A DNA stretch of 64,000 nucleotides from an uncultured Pseudomonadota bacterium. GTDB lineage: Bacteria; Pseudomonadota; Alphaproteobacteria; Rs-D84. The stretch lies in assembly GCA_902798205.1 (NCBI GenBank), contig CADBVV010000004.1, forward strand, positions 21,572 to 85,571. The letters are read 5' to 3'. Positions within the stretch are counted from its first letter, which is position 1, and every line of letters begins with the position of its first letter. Under the pieces are notes generated by a model. That model was not told the origin of the DNA. It worked only from the letters and a program-made list of their open reading frames with translations, and searched no databases. Of the stretch, positions 41,096 to 51,421 are shown piece by piece. A program made the position numbers and the translations under genes.

Positions 41096-41656
41096 ATGGA
41101 TTATTCAGCACTGAAAACCGAAGTCGAACAAAAAACAGCTCAAACATTGGAAGTCTTACAAAATGAATTCGCCGGATTGCGCACTGGTCGTGCATCTGTG
41201 CATTTATTAGACGGCATAAAAGTACCTGTATATGGTGCAGAAATGCCATTAAATCAGGTTGCAACTGTATCAACACCAGACACACAAACATTATCTGTGA
41301 CGGTTTGGGATATCGCCAATGCACCGGCTGTTGAAAAAGCGATTCGTGATTCAGGTTTGGGATTGAACCCAATGACTGCTGGTGGTGTTATCCGCTTGAA
41401 TTTGCCACCATTAACCGAAGAACGTCGTCGTGAATTGACCAAAGTTGCCGGAAAATACGCCGAAGAAGCAAAAATTTCTATGCGTAACATTCGCCAAGAT
41501 GCAATGGGCAAAATCAAACGCGCTGTGACTGACAAAGAAATTTCCGAAGACGATCAACGCAAATACGAAGAAGATATTCAAAAAGTTTTTGATGGACGCA
41601 GCAACGAAGTTGATGCAATGGCAAAACAAAAAGAAGCCGACATTATGTCTGTTTAA
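41096..41656 (+). CDS. frr: ribosome recycling factor
   Basis: 186 aa with the typical RRF sequence (ISVTVWD..., RLNLPPLTEERRREL). AAGGAG Shine-Dalgarno. Confidence 0.9.
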   Translation: MDYSALKTEVEQKTAQTLEVLQNEFAGLRTGRASVHLLDGIKVPVYGAEMPLNQVATVSTPDTQTLSVTVWDIANAPAVEKAIRDSGLGLNPMTAGGVIRLNLPPLTEERRRELTKVAGKYAEEAKISMRNIRQDAMGKIKRAVTDKEISEDDQRKYEEDIQKVFDGRSNEVDAMAKQKEADIMSV

Positions 41657-41674
41657 TTACAAAAGGGATATGTA

Positions 41675-42430
41675 ATGTTTAATCTTTTCAAGAAAAAAGC
41701 CATTAAATCAGAAACATCAAAAAAGATACCGCAACATATCGCGTTCATTTGCGATGGCAATCGCAGATGGGCAGAAAACCGCGGTTTACCACCATTGATG
41801 GGACATCGCGCAGGCATTTCTAATTTTGAAAACCTGGTTGATTGGTTTGTTGCACATGGTGTTTCAACAATTACTTTTTATATCTTTTCAACTGAAAATT
41901 GGAATCGCAGCAAAGAAGAAGTCGATTTCCTTATGGATTTATTTTACACAGAATTAAATAAAAACATGAAACATGCGATTGAAAAAAATCTTCGTTATCG
42001 TGTTGTCGGTTCGCGTGAAAAATTACCAAAAAAGCTCGCAAAACTTTGTGATAAATTGGAAGAAGTATCAAAAGAAAACACAGGTGGAACTGTCGTATTC
42101 GCGCTTAATTACGGTGGCCAAGATGAAATTATTCGCGCTGTAAATGCTGCGATTGAAAATGGCGAACCTGTGGACAAAGATACTTTTGAAACATTTATGG
42201 ATACTGGCGATTTATTGCCTGTCGATTTGATGGTTCGCACCAGTAACGAAAACAGAATTTCTAATTTCTTGCTTTGGAAATTGGCATATGCGGAATTGTT
42301 ATTTATCCCAGAACATTGGCCTGATTTGGTAAAATCTGAAAAATTGTGGCAACATGTTTTGGATGAATATCAAAAACGTGATCGTCGTTTTGGTGGCGGA
42401 AAAAAGAAAAATTATTCGGGGAAGAAATAA
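41675..42430 (+). CDS. uppS: undecaprenyl pyrophosphate synthase
   Basis: HIAFICDGNRRWA motif and conserved cis-prenyltransferase regions. Confidence 0.9.
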   Translation: MFNLFKKKAIKSETSKKIPQHIAFICDGNRRWAENRGLPPLMGHRAGISNFENLVDWFVAHGVSTITFYIFSTENWNRSKEEVDFLMDLFYTELNKNMKHAIEKNLRYRVVGSREKLPKKLAKLCDKLEEVSKENTGGTVVFALNYGGQDEIIRAVNAAIENGEPVDKDTFETFMDTGDLLPVDLMVRTSNENRISNFLLWKLAYAELLFIPEHWPDLVKSEKLWQHVLDEYQKRDRRFGGGKKKNYSGKK

Positions 42431-42431
42431 A

Positions 42432-43103
42432 ATGAAATTATCTGAATTATCTAATACTTCATTAAGAATATTATCATCAATCGCAATGTTTGTTATATTG
42501 GGATTGGTGGTTGCATTGGAACATTATTTACCACAAATACATGCTGTGCGTTGGTTGGGTGTTTTAATTGTGATTGGTGCAATGTATGAAACTTTGAAAT
42601 GTTTTAAAAACACAGAACACGAAACATTTAACAAACACGCACCCTATTTCATTGCATTTTTTGCGTGGTTAATTTTGACATTGGTTTCTGTATATTTCGT
42701 TGGCGCACGCGCATGGATTATGTTGTGGTTGTTAATGATTATTGTTGGTGCTGATGTTGGCGGATGGTTATTCGGAAAACTTTTTGGTGGCGACAAAATG
42801 TGGGAAAGATTATCAGAACATAAAACTTGGTCTGGTCAAATCGGTGGCATTTTATGTGGGACTTTGATGTCTGTTATATTCTTTCTTTATTTCAAACCAT
42901 TTGGTAACGATGCAATGTTTGCGGTATTATTGGGTATCACAATTTCATTACTTTCACAATATGGTGATTTAACCGCCAGTTATATCAAAAGATGTTTGGG
43001 CATCAAAGATTTTGGTAATTTGTTGCCTGGTCATGGTGGTATATTGGACAGATTTGACGGATGGATTTACGTATTGCCATTTATATGGTTCTTTATAAGA
43101 TAG
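42432..43103 (+). CDS. cdsA: phosphatidate cytidylyltransferase
   Basis: ATG at 42432 directly after the uppS stop. Multi-TM protein with the C-terminal CdsA signature LLPGHGGILDRFDG. Confidence 0.8.
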   Translation: MKLSELSNTSLRILSSIAMFVILGLVVALEHYLPQIHAVRWLGVLIVIGAMYETLKCFKNTEHETFNKHAPYFIAFFAWLILTLVSVYFVGARAWIMLWLLMIIVGADVGGWLFGKLFGGDKMWERLSEHKTWSGQIGGILCGTLMSVIFFLYFKPFGNDAMFAVLLGITISLLSQYGDLTASYIKRCLGIKDFGNLLPGHGGILDRFDGWIYVLPFIWFFIR

Positions 43104-43117
43104 GGAGAAAATAAACT

Positions 43118-44176
43118 ATGCACACTATTTTAACAATTGTTGCATTATTAATCGTTTTGGGCGTTGTTGTTTTTGTTCACGAAGCCGGTCATTTTATGGC
43201 TGCGCGTTGGGCGGGTGTGCGCGTTGATGCTTTTTCTATTGGGTTTGGACCTGCAATTATCAAATGGCATGATAAACAAAATACTGTTTGGAAATTATGT
43301 TGTTTGCCATTGGGTGGTTATGTTTCCATCTATGGCCAAGAAGATATGTTTAACCGTAAAAAATATGCCGCATTACCAAAGGCCAAAAAAGTCGGACATT
43401 ATTTGTCAGTTCCTGCATGGAAACAATTCATAATTATCGCCGCCGGTGTGTTTATGAATTTCATGTTGGCATGGGGAATATATTCTGCTGATTTTATGTT
43501 CAGACCACGTAACATTCAATTGCCTGTTATTGGCCAGGTTGTACGTGACAGTGTCGCATTCAAAGCCGGCGTTAAACCAGGCGATGTTATCATGAAAATT
43601 GACGGTGCAAATGTTGAAAATTGGGGCGAATTGATTATTGCCAAAGAATTGGCCGACAAACATGATGCAAACCTGTTGATTGCCCGCAAAGACAAATTAA
43701 TCAAAGTGACTTTGGCACCGGCAGAACGTTGGGGCCTTATCGCAGACGGCAGCAAAACGATGTTCCGCAAGAAGGGTTTCTTTGGTTCTATATATTCAGG
43801 ATTGCGTGAAACATATCATCAATCAAAAACATTGCTGGTTGTGTTAAAACAAATAATAACAGGTGAACGTTCTTCGAAACAATTGGGTTCTTTCATAACA
43901 ATCGCTCAGGTTTCTGGACACGCATTGGAAGCAGGATTTTTCATATTCCTTTCCATCATCGCGTTGATTTCTGTGAATTTGGGTGTTATCAATTTATTAC
44001 CCCTGCCCGTGCTGGACGGCGGATATTTATTAATATTAATTATTGAAGCAATTACACGCAAAAAATTGGGTGGCAAAGCAATGGAAATAACTATTGTTAT
44101 TGGTTGGATTTTAATCCTGTTGTTGTTTGCTTTCACAATGTGGAACGATATCGCACGTGTATTTGGATTAAATTAA
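43118..44176 (+). CDS. rseP: RIP site-2 zinc metalloprotease RseP
   Basis: HEAGHF (HExxH) motif in TM1, PDZ domain and C-terminal LDGG. AGGGAG Shine-Dalgarno. Confidence 0.85.
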   Translation: MHTILTIVALLIVLGVVVFVHEAGHFMAARWAGVRVDAFSIGFGPAIIKWHDKQNTVWKLCCLPLGGYVSIYGQEDMFNRKKYAALPKAKKVGHYLSVPAWKQFIIIAAGVFMNFMLAWGIYSADFMFRPRNIQLPVIGQVVRDSVAFKAGVKPGDVIMKIDGANVENWGELIIAKELADKHDANLLIARKDKLIKVTLAPAERWGLIADGSKTMFRKKGFFGSIYSGLRETYHQSKTLLVVLKQIITGERSSKQLGSFITIAQVSGHALEAGFFIFLSIIALISVNLGVINLLPLPVLDGGYLLILIIEAITRKKLGGKAMEITIVIGWILILLLFAFTMWNDIARVFGLN

Positions 44177-44188
44177 AAGGGAAACAAA

Positions 44189-44431
44189 ATGGCAAAAAAT
44201 ATTCATCAGATGCATTTTAGTGCGATAATACCTGTGTATGGACTTTATCAGGCTAGACACACAGCCAAATCATTTGATTCTACTGTTGTTGCGTTACTTG
44301 GTCATAAAAACATTTGTATGTTAATCAATAAAGACTCGAGCCTGATAGAAGCGCGACAAGAATATGAAGATAAATTGAAATTCTTTGTGGACATCGAATT
44401 AAAAAAACAAGAATACAGAAGAAACAGATAG
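44189..44431 (+). CDS. hypothetical small protein (80 aa)
   Basis: ATG with an AAAGGG Shine-Dalgarno. No motif. Sits between rseP and bamA. Confidence 0.3.
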   Translation: MAKNIHQMHFSAIIPVYGLYQARHTAKSFDSTVVALLGHKNICMLINKDSSLIEARQEYEDKLKFFVDIELKKQEYRRNR

Positions 44432-44441
44432 GGTAATAATT

Positions 44442-44669
44442 ATGGCAACACAAGTTTATACACCAAAACCATTAATGAATTTAAGAGAAGCAATCGAACA
44501 TGCTATTGTTTTAGCACGTGCTTCAAATTCAAAAATCATTATTTCAATGAATGACGTTCGTTTTTCTGTTGACCCGGACACACAAATACAAACCGCTATT
44601 GATACTTATCTCGAAGTTCAAAAGAAAATGTTCGAAACAACAAAACAATTAAAACAAAAAACAAAATGA
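44442..44669 (+). CDS. hypothetical small protein (75 aa)
   Basis: ATG start. Its stop overlaps the bamA start (ATGA). Confidence 0.3.
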   Translation: MATQVYTPKPLMNLREAIEHAIVLARASNSKIIISMNDVRFSVDPDTQIQTAIDTYLEVQKKMFETTKQLKQKTK

Positions 44670-46951
44670 AAAGCAAAACATTAACATTTTTATCATTATC
44701 AATTTTGTGTATTGGAATGGCAAACGCAACAGTTGTTTCACGCATTGATATAAATGGAAATCAACGTATGGATGCAGAATCAGTGCGTATTTTGGCAAAT
44801 GTAAAAGCCGGGAAAGATATCAATTCTGAAACAATTAACAATATTGCAAAAGATTTGCAATCCAGTGGTTATTTTGAAAAAGTGGATGTAAAACTGGATG
44901 GCAGTGTTTTGAAAATAAAGGTCGTTGAATCACCTGTTATAAATATGGTGACTGTCGAAGGAAACGATGAAATAGATACAGATGATTTAAAGAAAGAAAT
45001 CAAAACAAAAGAACGTGCATCTTATGATAAATCTTTGATTGGGGGCGATGTTCAACGTCTTTTGACTCTTTATCAACGCAAGGGTTTCTTTGGAACAAAA
45101 ATCAATCCAAAGAAAATTGATTTGGACAATAATCGTGTAAATGTTGTGTTTGAAATAAAAGAAGGTCACCCAACATATATCAAAGACATTGATTTTGAAA
45201 ACAACAAAAAATTCCGTTCTGGGACATTACGCAAAGAATTGTTATCACGTGAACATGCGTGGTGGCGTTTTATGACACAATTTGATGTTTATGACGAAGA
45301 CCGTATTCAATACGACCAACAATTATTACATCAATTTTATATGCGCAACGGATTCCTTGATTTTCGTATAACTGATGTTAAGGGGGAATTCACACAAGAT
45401 CGCGAATATTATTCTGTAAAATATACTGTTGATGAAGGCGCCCAATACAGAATTGCCAATATTACAATTGATAATCCTTTTGCCGATGTTCCAGACAAAG
45501 AATTATACAAAGAATTAACTATATCCAAGAAAGACATTTATAATATCGATGAAATTGACGCAACAGTAAATGCGTTACGTGGCAAAGTTGCAGATCATGG
45601 ATATGCTTTCATAAGCATTGATCCGATACCAACCAAACACGATGACACACGCACTGTTGATTTGAATTTCAAAATACAAAAGACAAATCGTATTTATATA
45701 AACAATATTAATCTGTTGGGCAATGTTCGTACTTTTGACAGTGTGATTGAACATCATTTACCTATGCGCGAAGGCGATCCTTTTTCATTACAAACCATCG
45801 AAACAGGCCGTCAAAATTTAATGCACACACGTTATTTCAAAGATGTTCAAATGATTCCGACACGCCTGGCCGATGCAAACATGATGAATTTGGATGTAAA
45901 GGTTGAAGAACAACCAACCGGTGAATTATCTGGTGGTTTGGGTTGGTCAACAATTAATGGTTTTATGGTTGATGCCGGTATCACAGAAAACAACTTTATG
46001 GGACGTGGGCAAATCGTTCAATTAAAAGGTTCTATTGCACAATATCAACGTCAGGCATTATTCAGTTTTACTGAACCCTTCCTTTTCAATCGCGAATTAT
46101 CCGGTGGTGTTGATGTTTCATACACACAATACAAATATTCTAAATTGGGTGGTTATGGATACGATCGTGATTCATTTACTGTTTCAGGACGTTTGGGTTG
46201 GCGTTTAACAGATCATTGGACACAAACAATGCGTTTGTCTGCAGCATTTGATCAAAACTATGATTTAAACCAAGGCGGATGGCAGAAAGCAAATCTTTAC
46301 ACGCTTGGAACAAATTTACGTTATTATAATTTGAATACAAATTTCCAACAAAATACCCATACTGGTATTGTAAGCAATCTTGGTGTTGCATATACAGGTT
46401 TCGGCAGCACCGACACATTTATGCGATACAGCGCGGATATCACCGCCCTTGTAAAATTCTTTGACGACAGATGGCAATTCCGCACAGGTTGGGAATTTGG
46501 ATATTTACAATCGTTGGAAAGTGATGATTATATACCACGTGTTTATCGTTATTTCTTGGGCGGCGAATCTTTGCGTGGTTTTGAAGTTGCGGGTGTCGGT
46601 TCACGCAATTGGTATTATCGCACTTATTCGTTGGGCGGTTTGTGGAAAGCAAATGGTTCAACACAAATAAATTTCCCAATATTTATACCAGATGAATATC
46701 AGGTAAAAGGATTTATATTTGCTGATTATGGTATTTTGGGCCGCCCACCAAAGAAGGAATCTGCGTATACTAACGTGTTTGGTATAACAAAAGACAACAT
46801 AATTGATCAAGATTGGCGTACATCTGTTGGTTTTGGTATTTATTGGAACACACCAATGGGACCAATGAACTTTTCTTGGGGTTGGCCACTGAAAGTAAAC
46901 AAATATGATGAAGAGCGTCGTTTCTTGTTGTCATTTGCAACACAATTCTAA
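44666..46951 (+). CDS. bamA: outer membrane protein assembly factor BamA (Omp85)
   Basis: Signal peptide, five POTRA-like repeats and a C-terminal beta-barrel ending ...LSFATQF. 761 aa. Conserved position after rseP. Confidence 0.85.
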   Translation: MKSKTLTFLSLSILCIGMANATVVSRIDINGNQRMDAESVRILANVKAGKDINSETINNIAKDLQSSGYFEKVDVKLDGSVLKIKVVESPVINMVTVEGNDEIDTDDLKKEIKTKERASYDKSLIGGDVQRLLTLYQRKGFFGTKINPKKIDLDNNRVNVVFEIKEGHPTYIKDIDFENNKKFRSGTLRKELLSREHAWWRFMTQFDVYDEDRIQYDQQLLHQFYMRNGFLDFRITDVKGEFTQDREYYSVKYTVDEGAQYRIANITIDNPFADVPDKELYKELTISKKDIYNIDEIDATVNALRGKVADHGYAFISIDPIPTKHDDTRTVDLNFKIQKTNRIYINNINLLGNVRTFDSVIEHHLPMREGDPFSLQTIETGRQNLMHTRYFKDVQMIPTRLADANMMNLDVKVEEQPTGELSGGLGWSTINGFMVDAGITENNFMGRGQIVQLKGSIAQYQRQALFSFTEPFLFNRELSGGVDVSYTQYKYSKLGGYGYDRDSFTVSGRLGWRLTDHWTQTMRLSAAFDQNYDLNQGGWQKANLYTLGTNLRYYNLNTNFQQNTHTGIVSNLGVAYTGFGSTDTFMRYSADITALVKFFDDRWQFRTGWEFGYLQSLESDDYIPRVYRYFLGGESLRGFEVAGVGSRNWYYRTYSLGGLWKANGSTQINFPIFIPDEYQVKGFIFADYGILGRPPKKESAYTNVFGITKDNIIDQDWRTSVGFGIYWNTPMGPMNFSWGWPLKVNKYDEERRFLLSFATQF

Positions 46952-47015
46952 GATTGTTTTGTCTTGACGTGGGGGATTAATTTTTCTTATACTTTTAGAA
47001 AAGAAAGGAGAAAGC

Positions 47016-47171
47016 ATGAAAAAATTTTTGGCAATATTAGCATTGATAGTCGTTGGTTTTTCCATGGCTGGTTGCGGTCAAATTTATGATGCAGAACCAG
47101 TAAGCATTGGCTATGACAATAATGAATTGAAATTAAGTCCTTGTGCCTGCATATTAGTATATCGTGCTTAA
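47016..47171 (+). CDS. small lipoprotein (51 aa)
   Basis: AAAGGAG Shine-Dalgarno and ATG. Product MKKFLAILALIVVGFSMAGC is lipobox-like. Not in the ORF track because it is shorter than 60 aa. Confidence 0.4.
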   Translation: MKKFLAILALIVVGFSMAGCGQIYDAEPVSIGYDNNELKLSPCACILVYRA

Positions 47172-47195
47172 TTATTTTATTTATGGGGGGATTAA

Positions 47196-47891
47196 TTGGA
47201 TTATCCAAATGATTTTAACATAAAATCATTTCCTGCGGGTAAAACAATAGCATTTTCCCGCAGTGTTTCTATTTGGATATCTATCGTTTTCTTTTTGATT
47301 GTTGCAATGTGCGGCTTTTTGTTGTTGGGCATACATTTCAAAAGCAATTATCCTTTTTTAATATCAATTGATCCATATACTGACGAATGGAGTGTTATTA
47401 CATATCCCGGGAAAAACGAAAAAGAATCAATTAACCAATATCAAATTGTCCAAGAAAAATTGGTTCGCGATTTTATAACAGATTGGTTTACTATTTCTGG
47501 TGACATGGCGACGAACGAAAAACGTTGGGCACAATGTGAAATCGAAAATTGTTCAAATGATGATCAATTCAATCCAGACAATATAAAATGCGCAATATAT
47601 TGTAAATCTGATATATCTGTGTTTGAAGAATTTACTGAAAATGTATTGCCAGATTATCGTGCATACGCAAATGCATCTGGAAGATGGACCGTTGCACGTA
47701 TGCTTATTACACCAAATATTGTGAATCAAAAATCTGGCACATGGCAGGTTATAACCACTGTTCAACCAGATATGAATATCGCGTTTGATGTATTAACATT
47801 TATAACAATCGAACAAGATCAAGAAAAATATCCAGCCACACTGGGATATTACATAAAAACATTTAATTCATACAGAATAACAAATGAATAA
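47196..47891 (+). CDS. hypothetical N-terminally membrane-anchored periplasmic protein (231 aa)
   Basis: Single N-terminal TM segment followed by a soluble domain. Overlaps the next gene by 8 nt. Confidence 0.45.
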   Translation: MDYPNDFNIKSFPAGKTIAFSRSVSIWISIVFFLIVAMCGFLLLGIHFKSNYPFLISIDPYTDEWSVITYPGKNEKESINQYQIVQEKLVRDFITDWFTISGDMATNEKRWAQCEIENCSNDDQFNPDNIKCAIYCKSDISVFEEFTENVLPDYRAYANASGRWTVARMLITPNIVNQKSGTWQVITTVQPDMNIAFDVLTFITIEQDQEKYPATLGYYIKTFNSYRITNE

Positions 47892-48549
47892 GATACGGTC
47901 ATTTTTAACAGGTTTGGTTTTGTTGATAATAATGTTTATTATCATCGTTTTGGTTGCATTGGTTTATCGCGCCAATGAAAGAATGTCGATTAAATCTTAT
48001 ATTTTCCAAACAAACAATTTTGCAAATCAACGCGTTGGTGAATTACAAGATATAAACGATATTTCACCAGAAGATTTACGTAATAAATTGATTAAAAAAT
48101 ATGTATCTGAATATTTCAAAGTTATTCCGGGACAAATAGATGCCAAAAACACTGTTTTGTATGGTCTTTCAACACCAAAGGCCTATAAACAATGGTTAAA
48201 TGGCGAAGCAAAAACAATAACAGAAATGTCTTCGAAAAATATGTTCCGTATGGTCTATGTCCCAGATGATGGTATCACAACATTGAATAAACCTGTTGAA
48301 TATGATTATAAAGATGATACATATACACAATTATATTATGCGGTTCGTTATTATACAAAAACGTGGGACGCCCCAAACAAAATGGGAAATGCCCCAACCA
48401 CAGACCAAGGGACACTTTATATAGAAGCCATCTTTAAACGCGGCATTCGTGAAGATATCGATATTCAAAAAAGTTTGGAACAAGGAATGGGTCCTGTACA
48501 ACTTTTTGATTTTTGGGTTACAAACATAGGAAACAAGGAAATAAACTGA
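47884..48549 (+). CDS. hypothetical N-terminally membrane-anchored periplasmic protein (221 aa)
   Basis: Single N-terminal TM segment. Stop/start overlap (TGATG) with the next gene. Confidence 0.45.
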   Translation: MNKIRSFLTGLVLLIIMFIIIVLVALVYRANERMSIKSYIFQTNNFANQRVGELQDINDISPEDLRNKLIKKYVSEYFKVIPGQIDAKNTVLYGLSTPKAYKQWLNGEAKTITEMSSKNMFRMVYVPDDGITTLNKPVEYDYKDDTYTQLYYAVRYYTKTWDAPNKMGNAPTTDQGTLYIEAIFKRGIREDIDIQKSLEQGMGPVQLFDFWVTNIGNKEIN

Positions 48550-49334
48550 TGAAAAAAATCTTGTGTTTAATATCTTTATTTGGATTGGTATTCGCAACAA
48601 ATTCATCTTTTGCTGATGATTTTGACGATTTATCTTTTGACAGTTTTGCCATCGTCAATGACACCGACAGTGATATGAATATAGAACAAGTATCTTTGAA
48701 TTCTGGTGCCGGGGTTGTTAATGTAAAACAATTTGATATTGCTGGTGTAATGTTGGGTATGAATTATGAAGAAATAAGCAATTTATTCTTAGACGGGAAT
48801 GGTCTTTATGCACCACGTCAAAAAAACAGTGTTATTTACACAATCAACAAAGAATGGAAATACAATCTGGATTACGAATGCCGTCAAAATAATGTATTTG
48901 TACCGGATCAATTGGAAAAATGTATAAATTCATTGGCACAAAATCGTGGTTTGTTATACATATCTGAAATACATTTGGAACGTACATTTACCGGCGAAAC
49001 AGTTGATATTTATTTAACCAGCAATGCAACAGATAATGTTGTATGGAAAGTCGTATATAAAAACGATGCCGATGCAATGGATGGCGAAAGTGAAAAATTT
49101 GAAAACCAACGTGAAAAAAAGATTCTGGCTTTCTGGCAAGGTGTCATTGATAAATATGGCACACCAAATTCAGGCGAAGATAAATGGATATCTTCTGAAA
49201 ATTCGTATGACCCAATGATGCAGGCTTTATACGGTCAATTAATTCTTGTGGATAATGGATTAAACGCAATTGATTCTTCTGAAAACATTCAAAAGGCGCG
49301 TGAAAACTTCCAGGCAAAACCATATGCTTTTTAA
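48549..49334 (+). CDS. hypothetical secreted protein (261 aa)
   Basis: ATG at 48549. Signal peptide MKKILCLISLFGLVFATNSSFA. Confidence 0.45.
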   Translation: MKKILCLISLFGLVFATNSSFADDFDDLSFDSFAIVNDTDSDMNIEQVSLNSGAGVVNVKQFDIAGVMLGMNYEEISNLFLDGNGLYAPRQKNSVIYTINKEWKYNLDYECRQNNVFVPDQLEKCINSLAQNRGLLYISEIHLERTFTGETVDIYLTSNATDNVVWKVVYKNDADAMDGESEKFENQREKKILAFWQGVIDKYGTPNSGEDKWISSENSYDPMMQALYGQLILVDNGLNAIDSSENIQKARENFQAKPYAF

Positions 49335-49677
49335 TAAAACATCTTATACAACTGGATTATATTCTGAATTTCTGGCGCGTATGTATTTACGTCTTCACGG
49401 ATATCGCATATTGAAAAGCAGATATATAACCGGAAAAAACACCAATCGTGCAGAAATAGATATTATTGCCAAACATAAAAACACCGTTGTATTTGTTGAA
49501 GTAAAAGCGCGACAAAATATTCCTGCGGCGTGGGACGCCATAACGCCGACACAATCAGCGCGTCTTCGTCGTGCCGCAGAAACATATTTAATTAACAAAC
49601 ATTGGATGGGCGATGCCCGTTTTGATGTAATAGTTGTTTGTGGTCATAAAATATATTGGGCAAAAAATGCGATTTAG
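49324..49677 (+). CDS. YraN/UPF0102-family endonuclease-like protein
   Basis: EIDIIAKHKNTVVFVEVKAR and RFDVIVV match the YraN pattern. ATG at 49324. Confidence 0.5.
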   Translation: MLFNKTSYTTGLYSEFLARMYLRLHGYRILKSRYITGKNTNRAEIDIIAKHKNTVVFVEVKARQNIPAAWDAITPTQSARLRRAAETYLINKHWMGDARFDVIVVCGHKIYWAKNAI

Positions 49678-49934
49678 TTTTTTATAACCGCACTTTTAAT
49701 CAATGTCACATCTTCTTTGATACCATCGATTTTTAATTGTAATTGACCGATACCAGATTCTAATATTGTTGTTCTGTTTTCCAATGATGTTATTCGTTGA
49801 TCTTGGCGTTCTATTTCTGCCAAAGAAGAATCTTGTCGTGCAACCCAATAAATTAATCCTGCAATAAAAACTATCAAAAACCAACTGTCACGCAAAGCAT
49901 CCAAAAACGTAAATATATTTTGTTGTTTTGTCAT
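49674..49934 (-). CDS. small membrane protein with coiled-coil (phage-associated, function unknown)
   Basis: One TM segment (WFLIVFIAGLIYWV) followed by a heptad-like region. At the edge of the T7-like module. Confidence 0.35.
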   Translation of the reverse strand: MTKQQNIFTFLDALRDSWFLIVFIAGLIYWVARQDSSLAEIERQDQRITSLENRTTILESGIGQLQLKIDGIKEDVTLIKSAVIKN

Positions 49935-49964
49935 TATACTATTAATAATTTACCACAATGTTTA

Positions 49965-50165
49965 TTATGTTGGATTATTACCTCTTTTTATAAAATTTTC
50001 TATTTGATGCACTAATGCGACCTGGGCCGCCCACCAGCGCAAATCATTGTCGGATACATTTTGTCCCAACACACGTTCTGTTGTTATATTCCGCAAATGA
50101 TTTAACACTTGTTTCCCAGACGGTGTATTAAAAATTCGTGCATAATGTTTTTCTATATCGTTCAT
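49965..50165 (-). CDS. hypothetical phage-associated small protein (66 aa)
   Basis: ATG start, immediately downstream of the portal gene. Confidence 0.3.
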   Translation of the reverse strand: MNDIEKHYARIFNTPSGKQVLNHLRNITTERVLGQNVSDNDLRWWAAQVALVHQIENFIKRGNNPT

Positions 50166-50176
50166 TATGTTCCCTT

Positions 50177-51400
50177 TTATATTGCCATTTCTTCACGTGC
50201 CATTTGCGCAATCGGTGCAATGTATTTTAATTCTGCGTCACTGTGCAAAGATATTTTATCTATCAATCCACGACGTGATAATATTTGCAATCCCCTTTCG
50301 CACAAAGGTCTTATAAATTCGTGCAATAAACGACCATACGTTGCGCCCAATATGCGAACCATATCAGAATTACGCGCTAATATTTCTGTTGCTGTCATTT
50401 CTTTGTCAGAAAGCAACCCAAGTCTGTCCGCCAAAAGCGAATGACGTATTCTGTCACGTAAATCACGCAGAACAATTTGGGACACATCAAAATCAGAACC
50501 ACTTTGTAATGGTGTTAAACCAGATGACCCCACTGCCTTTGGTATAATTGCGCCAGGGGTTAAATTGATATTGGATAAATTTATAACACCGTCATCATCG
50601 GCCTGCCATATACCACTGACCGCGATTGTTGCGTTTTTCAAAACCAATTCGACAACTTTGTTTGCTGTTTTAATATCTGGCAAAGCACGCAATACAGGTC
50701 CCCGACCATACAATTCGCCACTGACCAAAGACCAACGGAATATAATATATGGATTTGTTTCAAATGTTCCACGCGCAACAATATTATTTTCAATGTCACC
50801 ACCAACATCAACCCATGCCGTAAAATCTTTACCAATCAAAGCCTGAACCAATCTTATCGGTGTTTGTGGATTATTTTTTATTGTATCACGCATATTTACC
50901 GGAAATACAAAATCAGGATATTTTTCAATTAAATCACATGCCGGCAACGAAGTTGTATGAAATACCATACCTGGCAATATCGCAATATCTTTCATTGGTA
51001 TCGCAGTGAACGAAAATGCAGAATCTGCACCTATTGGATTTTCTGCCATAAACAAACATGCCGTTCCAAGAACAACCAAATCAATATAACATTGATGCAC
51101 AGTTGTATAAAAATTAGAATCGTTTAAATGTGCACGCAACATTGATGTCGCGAAATCTGCATCTGGCGATAAATCACTTTCACGAACCAGATTTATCCAC
51201 AAAGATTCTGGTGGTGTCAACAAAGAATACATAGATGCCGCCAAATTATCAACAGCATCTGCGGCAGTCGCATCAAACAAAGTTGCAGATTCTGTATCGT
51301 CTGTTGGTATGGTATAACGCATCGCGTCTTTCCAACGTGGCAACCATATTTCCCTTTCGTCTAATGCGCGTTTATATAATTGCATAAGATTTTTTTGCAT
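50177..51400 (-). CDS. T7-like portal (head-to-tail connector, gp8 homologue)
   Basis: PYIIFRWSLVSGELYGRGPVLRALPDIK... aligns with T7 gp8 PYIPIRMVRLDGESYGRSYIEEYLGDLRSLE... Downstream blocks are also conserved. 407 aa, shorter than T7 gp8. Confidence 0.6.
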   Translation of the reverse strand: MQKNLMQLYKRALDEREIWLPRWKDAMRYTIPTDDTESATLFDATAADAVDNLAASMYSLLTPPESLWINLVRESDLSPDADFATSMLRAHLNDSNFYTTVHQCYIDLVVLGTACLFMAENPIGADSAFSFTAIPMKDIAILPGMVFHTTSLPACDLIEKYPDFVFPVNMRDTIKNNPQTPIRLVQALIGKDFTAWVDVGGDIENNIVARGTFETNPYIIFRWSLVSGELYGRGPVLRALPDIKTANKVVELVLKNATIAVSGIWQADDDGVINLSNINLTPGAIIPKAVGSSGLTPLQSGSDFDVSQIVLRDLRDRIRHSLLADRLGLLSDKEMTATEILARNSDMVRILGATYGRLLHEFIRPLCERGLQILSRRGLIDKISLHSDAELKYIAPIAQMAREEMAI

Positions 51401-51421
51401 TTTAATATTCCTTTTGTTTGG

